64,000 nt of DNA from an uncultured Planctomycetaceae bacterium (GTDB lineage: Bacteria; Planctomycetota; Planctomycetia; Planctomycetales; Planctomycetaceae), in NCBI GenBank assembly GCA_963813715.1, contig CAWFAK010000007.1:128001-192000 (forward strand). The letters are read 5' to 3'. The position numbers were made by a program, and so were the translations under genes. Of the stretch, positions 54,361-64,000 are shown one piece after another. The stretch's first letter is position 1. Every line of letters begins with the position of its first letter. The notes under the pieces were generated by a model. That model did no database searches, had not been told where the DNA came from, and worked only from the letters and a program-made list of their open reading frames with translations.

Positions 54361-54702
54361 GCATTCCCTCTCGTGGAGCGATCGGTCTCGGATTTTTCGA
54401 CGAGCGGTGAAGCGCGGGTTGGCAGGTCGAGGCTGGAGTTTCTATTTGGCGGCAACGGCCCAACACGGCTGGCTTACAGGCAGGAGCGAACAAGGGCGGC
54501 AGGCAAAAAGCGGGTTACAACGCTGGCTGATTGGGGTTACGCCGACGCTACGGCTCTCCCAAACGCAGCAATCTGAGCATATCAACGATTATCGATCCGT
54601 GCAACAAGCCGGCATTGGCAGGCCTTCTCTGGACGGCATAATCGGACGCGTTTGTCACGGGTTTTCGCTGGCCGTCTGGCCGATTGCCCACTCGTCTCCA
54701 GC

Positions 54703-55335
54703 TCACACGCCACAATTCACACCCAGCCGTTCGAGTTGGGGCTTAAGGGATGCCGCGTCGCGAAAGACCTCGGCTTGCAGGCCGAACGAGCGACCGCGGA
54801 GCACGTACTCCTCGATGTCGTCGGTGTAGAAGCACTCGGCGGGCGAACATTGGATTGTCTCGAGAGCGGCCCGGAAGATGGCCTCCTCGGGCTTGGCCGC
54901 GCCGACGCGATAGGAGAGAACGCAATCGTCGAAGCGGTGCAAGAGATCGAAGTGAGCCAGCACCCACTCGTAGTGCGTCACGCACGTGTTGGAGAGCAGG
55001 ACGAGCCGGTAGCCGTCCCGCTTCCAGCGATCCAAGAGCGGAACCATCGGCTCGTTGACCGTAAAGATGTCGGCCGCCGCGACCCGCAGGGCTCCGGCAT
55101 CAATGGCCCGGCCGAGTTCCTTTTCCAACGTTTGCCGAAAGCCGTCCTCGGAGACTTCGCCCCGCTCGAAGCGCCGCTGGAGCTGCTCGTTGAACAAAAT
55201 CCGCTCCAAGTCGGCCAGGGGCGCGTGGCAGGCTTCCGCCATCTGCACGCACATCCGCGCGTGAGAAAAGTGGAGCAGGACGTTCCCCAAGTCGATTAAT
55301 AGAGTCCGCACAGGTGATGGAGTTCGCACGGGCAT
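54703..55335 (-). CDS. HAD-superfamily phosphatase (YihX-like)
   Basis: IDLGNVL, LLSNT, KPEEAIF and YTDD motifs. Confidence 0.9.
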   Translation of the reverse strand: MPVRTPSPVRTLLIDLGNVLLHFSHARMCVQMAEACHAPLADLERILFNEQLQRRFERGEVSEDGFRQTLEKELGRAIDAGALRVAAADIFTVNEPMVPLLDRWKRDGYRLVLLSNTCVTHYEWVLAHFDLLHRFDDCVLSYRVGAAKPEEAIFRAALETIQCSPAECFYTDDIEEYVLRGRSFGLQAEVFRDAASLKPQLERLGVNCGV

Positions 55336-55654
55336 TCCGAAACCTCGATTGACGGTGACGTTCCGGCTTCCTAGAGTGCATTCGCTCGTAAAGTGACGTA
55401 GCATAACGACTTGCTGGCGCAATGCAGCAGCCGCATGCGACGCCGGCCCGCCCCGCTCGACGTCCAGCGTAGTAGGTCGCGCGGTTCCGACCGGACCGTG
55501 GCGGAGCGTAGTGCTGACGGCCGCCTGCACGTGTCGCGTCGGCGATTCTCGTTGATCGCGGTCGTTTGGTCCAAGCGGCCCACCGGCGGACCTTCGCCGA
55601 ACTAGACACATTCCAGCCGGTTCCACTCCGGCATGACAGCCACGGAGACCGTCG

Positions 55655-56155
55655 ATGAGTTACGGCGGGAAGGCAAAGGCCGAAGCGGGAACGGCCCGCG
55701 GCCGCGATTGGCCCTGCCTGCGCCAGTTCGGCATCTTTATGGAGAATCGCGTCGGCACGCTGAACGACCTGCTGCGGCACGTCGAACGCCACGATCTCCG
55801 CGTGATGGCGCTGACAGTCGTCGATTCGATCGACTTCTCGATCGCCCGCGTGATCCTCAGCAACTACGAACGCGCGCACGAACTCTTCAAACTTTCCGAC
55901 TTCAAGGTGTTTGAGACGGACCTGATCGGCGTCGAGCTGAGCACCGATCCGCAGCCGTATATGCAAATCTGCACGGCGCTGCTGCAGGCGGAACTCAACA
56001 TCCACTACACCTATCCCCTGCTCTATCGTGGCAAGGGGCGCGGCGCCATCGCCCTGCATGTCGACGACGTCGAGACGGGGCTGAAGATCCTCTCCGACAA
56101 GGGGCACCGGATCATCACCGAGAACGATCTGCTCGAATACGACGAGAATTATTGA
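55655..56155 (+). CDS. Tandem ACT-domain protein
   Basis: QFGIFMENRVGTL..RVMALTVVD and LLQAELNIHYTYP patterns. Confidence 0.8.
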   Translation: MSYGGKAKAEAGTARGRDWPCLRQFGIFMENRVGTLNDLLRHVERHDLRVMALTVVDSIDFSIARVILSNYERAHELFKLSDFKVFETDLIGVELSTDPQPYMQICTALLQAELNIHYTYPLLYRGKGRGAIALHVDDVETGLKILSDKGHRIITENDLLEYDENY

Positions 56156-56179
56156 ATCCGTCTTAATATCGGCTCCGAC

Positions 56180-57169
56180 TTGAAGCGGTTTCGGACGCTG
56201 CTGAAGTGGACTTTGTTCGCCGTGGTGCTGGCCTATGTCTGCCGCCACGGATACTCACTTTGGCAAAAGAGCGACGACCGCACCCCGCTCACGCCTGCGG
56301 GCAGCGCGTGGTTGCTGTTGTCGGCCGTTTTGTACGTCGTCTCCTGGCTGCCCTCCGTTTGGTTTTGGCGTGCGCTGATGCGGGCCTTTGGCGGTCGGCC
56401 CGACTTTGCTGCCTCCGCCCGCGCCTACTACTGCGGCGCTCTGGGGAAATACATTCCCGGCAAGGCGATGGTGCTGGTGTTGCGCGGCTCGCTGATGAAT
56501 GGTCGCGGCTGCGCGGGACGAACGGCCGCCATCACGGCCGCCTACGAAACGCTGACGATGATGGGGACCGGTCTGCTCGTCGGCCTGGTCTTGGCCCCTT
56601 TGCCCGAAGGGGTACCGGGGCGCGATCAACGCTGGTTGGTGCCGGTGGTCGTGTTGGCCGTGCTCTCCGGACTCCCTGTCATTGCGCGGCTCTTGTCTTG
56701 GGCCGTCGTGAAGATGTCGCCGCCCGATCTTGTTGAGTTGGACGACGCAGCCCCGCGCGACCGGGACGCTGTCGCGTCGCGCGACCGGCTCGTCATTCCG
56801 ACCTGGCTCGTGGGGGCCGGTTGCGCCGCGTTCCTCATCAGTTGGGCCATCCAGGGCCTCAGCCTGGGGGTGACGCTGCATGCCGTCGACCAACCGCTCG
56901 ACTGGGCTGAGTGGCCCGTCTGGTCTGGGGCAATGGCCCTCTCGACTTCTCTGGGATTCGCAATGCTGTTTGCGCCGGCCGGATTGGGGGTGCGGGAAGG
57001 CATTCTGCTCGGCATCCTCACACAGGCGGGCGTCGACTCGCACGCGGCCATCGCCGCCACCGTGCTGTCGCGGTTAGTGTCGTTCGGTTCGGATCTTCTG
57101 GTCGCAGGCCTGCTCTATCCGACATTTCGCCGGCGAATGGTTCAGCCCGGCCCCCCGCTCGCGAAGTAA
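56180..57169 (+). CDS. LPG-synthase-TM / YbhN (UPF0104) flippase-like membrane protein
   Basis: Multiple TMs; GKYIPG, PAGLGVRE and SRL motifs. Confidence 0.85.
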   Translation: MKRFRTLLKWTLFAVVLAYVCRHGYSLWQKSDDRTPLTPAGSAWLLLSAVLYVVSWLPSVWFWRALMRAFGGRPDFAASARAYYCGALGKYIPGKAMVLVLRGSLMNGRGCAGRTAAITAAYETLTMMGTGLLVGLVLAPLPEGVPGRDQRWLVPVVVLAVLSGLPVIARLLSWAVVKMSPPDLVELDDAAPRDRDAVASRDRLVIPTWLVGAGCAAFLISWAIQGLSLGVTLHAVDQPLDWAEWPVWSGAMALSTSLGFAMLFAPAGLGVREGILLGILTQAGVDSHAAIAATVLSRLVSFGSDLLVAGLLYPTFRRRMVQPGPPLAK

Positions 57170-57178
57170 GATGAAAAG

Positions 57179-58252
57179 ATGCTGTCCATTATCGTTCCCG
57201 TCCTGAACGAAGCCGAAAGCCTGGAGCCGCTCTACCGCGAGATCGGTGCGGCTGCCGGCAGCCTGGGCGAGTCGATCGAGATCGTCTTCGTCGACGACGG
57301 GTCGACCGACGCTTCGTGGAACGTGATCCAATCGCTGGCCGAACTAGACGCCTCGGTCTCGGGCATTCGCTTTCGTCGCAACTTTGGCAAGGCGGCCGCG
57401 CTGACGGCCGGCATGCGGACGGCGCGGGGCGACTTGATCCTGACCATCGACGCCGACCTGCAAGACGATCCGGCAGAAATCCCGCGGATGCTGGGCAAGC
57501 TGGGTGAAGGTTACGACGTCGTCAACGGTTGGAAGGAGCGACGGCTCGACCCGTGGCACAAGGTCTATCCGAGCCGGGTCTTCAACTGGATCGTGAGCGG
57601 CCTGACGGGCCTCAAGCTACACGACCACAACTGTGGGCTGAAGTTATTCCGCGCGGAAGTGGCCGCGGAGATTCGCCTCTATGGCGAGTTGCACCGGTTC
57701 ATCCCGGTGCTTGCCAATGCCCGCGGCTTTCGCGTCACTGAGATGCCGGTCCATCATCGGCCGCGACGGTTCGGCAGCTCGAAGTATGGGGTTCGGCGTT
57801 TCGCTCGCGGCTTTCTGGACCTACTCACCGTGACCTTTCTGACCGGCTTCGGCCAGCGACCGCAGCACATTCTGGGCGGTTTCGGCCTCTGCTCGCTGGC
57901 TCTCGGAGTCTGCGGTCTGCTCTACCTCGCCTTCATCTGGTGCTGCACGCATTTGGCAGGGGCCGACTTCGGTCCGATCGGCACGCGTCCGCTGTTACCG
58001 TATTCGATCGCCGCGACGATCCTCGGCGCCCAGGCCCTTTCGCTGGGGCTGCTGGCCGAACTCCTGGTGGCCTACACCGGTAAGGAAAGCGACACCTACA
58101 GCGTCGCCCAAACGACAAAGGGCACCGCCGAACCGGCCGCGGCCAAGCGGCTTACGGTGGCGCCAGCACCCGGCTGGACAGCCTGTCGAGAACCGGAATT
58201 GACCGCAGATTTTTTCCTCGCATCAAGATTTTGGCGCGTTAGAATCGCTTAG
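57179..58252 (+). CDS. GT2 polyprenol-phosphate glycosyltransferase (ArnC/GtrB-like)
   Basis: [30 protein letters not shown] and ELHRFIP motifs; two C-terminal TMs. Confidence 0.93.
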   Translation: MLSIIVPVLNEAESLEPLYREIGAAAGSLGESIEIVFVDDGSTDASWNVIQSLAELDASVSGIRFRRNFGKAAALTAGMRTARGDLILTIDADLQDDPAEIPRMLGKLGEGYDVVNGWKERRLDPWHKVYPSRVFNWIVSGLTGLKLHDHNCGLKLFRAEVAAEIRLYGELHRFIPVLANARGFRVTEMPVHHRPRRFGSSKYGVRRFARGFLDLLTVTFLTGFGQRPQHILGGFGLCSLALGVCGLLYLAFIWCCTHLAGADFGPIGTRPLLPYSIAATILGAQALSLGLLAELLVAYTGKESDTYSVAQTTKGTAEPAAAKRLTVAPAPGWTACREPELTADFFLASRFWRVRIA

Positions 58253-58303
58253 AACCTAATTCGTATCCCTCCCGCCCCGGCCCGCCGAAGGATTGGACCC
58301 ACC

Positions 58304-58501
58304 GTGCAGAGCCAACCCTCCGATCCGCACATCGACATCACTGTGCGATCCCACGACGAGCAGAATCGCCGCCTCGTGGCCCAGCCGCCTTCGGACGCCG
58401 ACACCATCGGCAATCCGGCCGACACCGTTCGGATCGATCGCGCGCCTCGCGCCCAGTCAAACGAACGCGAAGTGCTGCAGCAGCCTTGGCTGGCGGAATA
58501 G
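58304..58501 (+). CDS. Possible small protein (65 aa)
   Basis: Fills the gap between convergent genes; GAAGGA upstream and TAGAAT at 58240; no recognisable motif. Confidence 0.4.
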   Translation: MQSQPSDPHIDITVRSHDEQNRRLVAQPPSDADTIGNPADTVRIDRAPRAQSNEREVLQQPWLAE

Positions 58502-58519
58502 GCGAACCGTCGCCCGCAA

Positions 58520-60950
58520 TCAACGCACCGGGAAGATTTGGGCGTTGATCACCACCTCGTGGTTTTCGGCGTCGGTCAGGAGCGGAGCGCTCCAGCCCGC
58601 AAGCGCGCTGCGATCGCTTTCCGAGATGCCGGGCACCAGATCGGTGACGAAGATCGGCAGGTTGTTTCTGGCAGGGATTGCCTGCCCCTGAGCAACGCTG
58701 GCTTCCAGACGCTGCACGGCGTCGCTCGACATTCCCTGCTTGCTGAGCACGCCAAAGGTCACCGGTCGCCCCAGCACACCCTCCTGCATCAGCTGCTCGA
58801 AGCGGGCCGGCTCGACGAACTCGGTGTAACCGTAGTTGCCCGGATCGCGGTAACGGCGAATCCATTCCCAGCACACATAAATGTGCGTGATGCCGTGCTC
58901 ATGCAGGGTCTGCAGAATCTCTTTCGCGGGTTTGAGCGGCAGTTCGCTGTCTTTTGAGCTCGGCGCGGCAGGCGGCCCGGCGAACCACTCTTTGAAGATC
59001 GAGTGATTGAACACGGTGTTGTAAACGATGGGAAACTGCGCGTTGAAAACCTGCCCATCGCCCACGTCCAGCACTTTGGACCCCTTGGGCAGCCAGCGGT
59101 TCATGAAGGAGAAATACGGGTACGCGGCGTTTTCCCGCGCAGTTCGAGATCAGAAAGCCAGGCGTTATAGCCCGTGATCTCCCAGGCCTCCATCGTCGTC
59201 CCGGAATACACGCCCTGCCCGGCGACCAGGGCGAAGTTGAACCAAAGCGCCAGGCAGATGACCGCCCCCGCGATCCAGCGCCACGCCACCGCATTGGTCC
59301 AAGTGGCCCCCACGCCAGCCAAGAGCGCGACGACGGGAATGATCGGCACCCAAAAGCGATCGATGCGATGGGTGAAGCCCCACCAGGCGAAGAACAAGTA
59401 ACCAAACAACAACCACAGCGCGAGCACCAAGCCCCGTCGCCGCGCTACCAAGAGGGCCAGCGGCGCCAGCCCAAACAGGAGCGGACTCGACCAATCATTG
59501 TCGGCGATCACATCGAGCAAGTTCTGCCCCAGGACCGCGGGTCCGAATTTATGTGGGCTATGCGCCGGAACGAAGCGGGCGTTGAGCTCCGGGCTCCAAT
59601 CCCGACCGCCAAACAGGTTGTACGCCAACGGATAGACGGGATTGCCCGTGAGCACGAGGTTTTTCGCCAACCACGGCCCGATCGTGACGGCCACGCCAAG
59701 CGCGAAAGCCAGCGCGCACTTCGACACGCTCGCGACGCGCGTCGGATTGCCACGGAGCGCCCACCACGCACCGACACCGACCGCCAACCCCATCGGCACA
59801 ACAACCTGTAGCAGGCCCGTGTATTTGCAGGCCATGCCGCTGCCGGCTAGCAGCCCCGCCACGAAAACGTCTCGCAGAGCGGGCATTCCACCGCGAAACC
59901 GTTCCAGCGCGATCAGCACGGCCAAGAGCGTCGCCGCGACGAAGAACGTCAGTGGGCCCTCGACGTAAGTGATGATCGTGATCCGATCGATCCACGGCGT
60001 CGACAGAAAGACGAGCGCGGCCATCAGCCCCGCCTGCGGACTGAAGTAGCGACGGCCGGCCGCATAGAGCGTGAGTGCCGTCAGCGGCGCGAAGGCGAAC
60101 AAAACGGCCTTGCCGACGATCGCCCCCCAGTACCAGTCGCCACGCAGCACCATCCCTAACAAAACGAGCATCTCGGCAAAGAAGGGAAAGTTCGTGTAGA
60201 CGTTGTGCGACAGGAACGCGATGCGTCCCGCCTCGAAGTATTCCTTCGGCCCCTCAAAGTGATAGGCCAGCACGTCGAAGTCGCGTTCGGGTGACATCGA
60301 ACCGAGCCACATCGTGATGACGAAGGGCGCCATCGCCACCAGGGCCAACCAGAGATGTCGAGGCGTCGGCGGCTGAGGCTGGGCCGGCAGCGGGTCGGCG
60401 TTTCGCCGTCGCTTCAAATCGCGCCGGACGAAGATCGCCTCGAGCGGCAGCGAGACGGCGAGAATCGGAATTACGGTCACGCGAGACAACAGTCCCGCCA
60501 GTCCAAGGAGCAACGTGGTGAGTGACAGGCCGCTCAGTCCGAGCGCGAAAGAGAAAACGACACCTTCGGCCGAACGGCGCTCGACCGACGGGCGCAACAC
60601 GCGCAAGAGGATCTGGCCCCAAAACCAGGTACCCGTCAACGCGGCCACGGCCGGCGTGAAGATGCTGACGCGTTGGGCCAGATTGCCCCACGCGCCGAAA
60701 AGAATTGCGAGGCCACGATCAGATCCGGCAGATCGATCCAGACGGCGACGCGGGTCAGCCAGCTGTTATTGGGAAAATCGAAGCAGGAGAAAAAGACAAG
60801 AAACGCAACCAGCCAAAGCCCAGCCAAGCCGATCAGCCACCACGACGGACCCGGCTCAGGTGATGCGGTTGCCGATTCGCTCGGGTCGACGGGCTGACTC
60901 GTCGCGGCGGCCCGGGAGCGCGAGGCCGTTTTGGTTCGCTTGGAGCTCAC
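58520..60950 (-). CDS. GT-C fold (ArnT/PMT, GT39-like) membrane glycosyltransferase (frameshifts near 60670 and 59105)
   Basis: Three abutting ORFs; many TMs; FDVLAYH, GMACKYTG, PWLAKN..TGNPVYP and DRFWVP motifs; soluble C-terminal domain (GITHIYV). Confidence 0.8.
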
Positions 60951-60993
60951 GACTTGCGCCCACGGAGGCCTGACCGGCTCACAACGACCCGGC

Positions 60994-61614
60994 TCACAGC
61001 GACTTGGGCAGGAGCGCGGCCAGCTCGGGATGGGGACGGGCGATGACGTCGGCCAGGATGAGCTTGCCCCCCAATCGCTCGACCGTTTGCTTGCCGGTGG
61101 CGATGGCCGTCTGCACGGCGGCGACGTCGCCCCGCACCACGATCGTCACGTAGGCGGCGCCGATTTTTTCCTTGCCGACCAGCGTCACGTTGGACGACTT
61201 GAGCATGTCGTCCGTCGCGTGCAAAGCGGCAACCAGGCCTTGAGTTTCGAGCAAACCAACGGCGTCAGAGGGGCTCATATCGAGGGGCTCTTTCGGAATG
61301 CGGTAATCATAAAGGTCGAGCATAGGGCTGTAAACGGGCTGTGGATGGGCCAGAATCCGCGTCGCTTCGACCGGCGCCGGCAGCACCGACAGCGACGCGC
61401 GGCTCCCCATGTGGCGGGCCAGCTCCACACCCACCTGCCCCGCCGCCATCACAGCACCGGTCTCGCCCACCAGCTTGATACACTGGTCCGCGCTGTCGGT
61501 GCTTTCGATGCCCAGCAGCGTGACGCCGGCCGCCTTCAGGCAACGATCGGCGATGATCAGGGCCGGCGTGAGGTTGGCCACCTCGAGCAACGCCAGGCTG
61601 TGGGTTCGATCCAT
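60994..61614 (-). CDS. Tandem-domain bacterial microcompartment shell protein
   Basis: Canonical C-terminal BMC domain (AVGLLETQG..ATDDMLKS..GAAYVTIVVRGDVAAV..VIARPH); divergent N-terminal BMC domain (LALLEV..IADRCLKAA..LVGETGAV..VLPAP). Confidence 0.9.
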   Translation of the reverse strand: MDRTHSLALLEVANLTPALIIADRCLKAAGVTLLGIESTDSADQCIKLVGETGAVMAAGQVGVELARHMGSRASLSVLPAPVEATRILAHPQPVYSPMLDLYDYRIPKEPLDMSPSDAVGLLETQGLVAALHATDDMLKSSNVTLVGKEKIGAAYVTIVVRGDVAAVQTAIATGKQTVERLGGKLILADVIARPHPELAALLPKSL

Positions 61615-61642
61615 GGTCAATCCGTCACACACTCATTCATCG

Positions 61643-62581
61643 TCAGTGGGATTGCGTCTGCGCTGGCGGAACGCCGGTCGCTCCGTGCCAGTCGAAGGCA
61701 ATGTCGAGCGCCGGGGCCGAGTGGGTAATCGACCCGACGCTGATGCGATCGACGCCCGCCGCCGCAATCGCAGCCACTGTATCCAGGTTAACGCCCCCCG
61801 AGGCCTCGAGCAGCACCCGAGGCGCGAGTTCGTCACGAATTCGCACCGCCTGGCCAATCGTGGCGGCGTCCATGTTATCCAGGAGCACGATGTCGGCCGC
61901 GGCGGCGAGAGCGGCTTTTAGCTGGTCGAGCGTGTCGACTTCGATCTCGAGCGGAATGCCCGCCGGGATCGCACTGCGGGCCGCTGCCACCGCTCCGCGA
62001 ATCGTCTCCTCGTCCGAATCGCGCGGATGATCTTCGCGCCAGGCGGCCAAGTGGTTGTCCTTGATCAGGCAGCCGTCGAAGAGGCCGATCCGATGATTCG
62101 TGCCGCCGCCCGCGCGGACGGCGTATTTTTCCAGGAGCCGCCAGCCGGGCAACGTCTTCCGCGTTTCGAGGATCAGGGCCTTGGTGCCGGCGACCCGATC
62201 GACGAATTGGCGGGTTCGCGTGGCCACGCCACTCAGGTGCATGAGGAAGTTGAGGACGGTGCGCTCGGCCGCCAACAGCGAGCGCCACGAGCCGTGGGCC
62301 TGTGCGATGGTCGTCCCGCCGCTGACTTTGTCGCCGTCGGACACCAGGGGCTGAATCGTCGTCTGGCGATCGAGTTGCCGCGTCACGATCGCCGCCACCG
62401 GCAAGCCCGCCACGACACCGTCCTGCCGCACCACAATGTCGACGGTGCCCTGTCGCGCATCGCCGATGAGTGCCCGGCTGGTGATGTCGCCCAGCGTTCT
62501 CAAGTCTTCGACCAGCGCCAGCGAGACGAGCCGCTCCGCCGCTTCTTGTTCTTCGACAGTGAGAGAGAGTGCCAACGCCAT
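61643..62581 (-). CDS. nadC: Quinolinate phosphoribosyltransferase
   Basis: EDL..GDITS, AERTVLN, TRKTLPG, HRIGLFD, IKDNH, EIEV, LLDNM and EASGG motifs. Confidence 0.97.
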   Translation of the reverse strand: MALALSLTVEEQEAAERLVSLALVEDLRTLGDITSRALIGDARQGTVDIVVRQDGVVAGLPVAAIVTRQLDRQTTIQPLVSDGDKVSGGTTIAQAHGSWRSLLAAERTVLNFLMHLSGVATRTRQFVDRVAGTKALILETRKTLPGWRLLEKYAVRAGGGTNHRIGLFDGCLIKDNHLAAWREDHPRDSDEETIRGAVAAARSAIPAGIPLEIEVDTLDQLKAALAAAADIVLLDNMDAATIGQAVRIRDELAPRVLLEASGGVNLDTVAAIAAAGVDRISVGSITHSAPALDIAFDWHGATGVPPAQTQSH

Positions 62582-62825
62582 TTTCCGCAGACGAAGCCTA
62601 ACGACCGACGGCGATCATAGCGAATCCGGGCGGCGACCTGGAAACGCTACGTCGCTTCGCCTCCGAGCGGGCGTTGGGCGACGTCTTGCACGCGTTGCCG
62701 GCCTCTGCTGAAATGTCGCTGCCAAATCGATGATCGAACCGGGGCCATTCCGCAAATCGGCTTTTTCGCGGCCGGGGGTTTCGATCTTCCGTCACCTCGC
62801 GGCCGATGCTCGAAAGGGAACGCAG

Positions 62826-63944
<1,119 letters not shown>

Positions 63945-64000
63945 TTCTTTCCAAGCCCACTGTTGGCCACACAAGAGCGCCGAACGATGGCAGAAGGCGA

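Overview
GC-rich bacterial chromosome segment, almost certainly Planctomycetota (inferred from DUF1501, DUF1549/DUF1553 and planctomycete-cytochrome/WD40 genes, H4MPT-linked mch, a BMC shell gene and ECF/anti-sigma triads). It holds about 50 CDSs: rpmF-plsX-fabD-acpP-fabF converging on a TsaC/phosphatase fusion-rpiB-gcvH-gcvPA-gcvPB-lipoate ligase run, a P450, two ECF sigma/anti-sigma/exported-protein triads, two FHA proteins, a convergent RND pump/adaptor pair, a fused oxoprolinase, a DUF1445-mch-RimK-IMPase run, a cytochrome/PPC/WD40 operon ending in a uronate-isomerase-like gene, a lipid-linked glycosylation trio, a tandem BMC gene, nadC and ald. About 17 genes, including the normally essential fabD, carry single-base frameshifts, most likely long-read consensus errors. 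I saw no rRNA, tRNA, transposase, integrase or CRISPR array. The most unusual unexplained signals are: (1) a ~670-nt non-coding tract at 36440-37110 packed with strand-biased GGAC motifs, hairpins and 29-nt repeats (candidate CsrB-like sponge RNA); (2) a three-way-junction leader at 14758-14935 that pairs over a start codon; (3) a motif-degenerate TsaC domain fused to a YwlE-type phosphatase. All family assignments come from motif recognition by eye; no searches were run.
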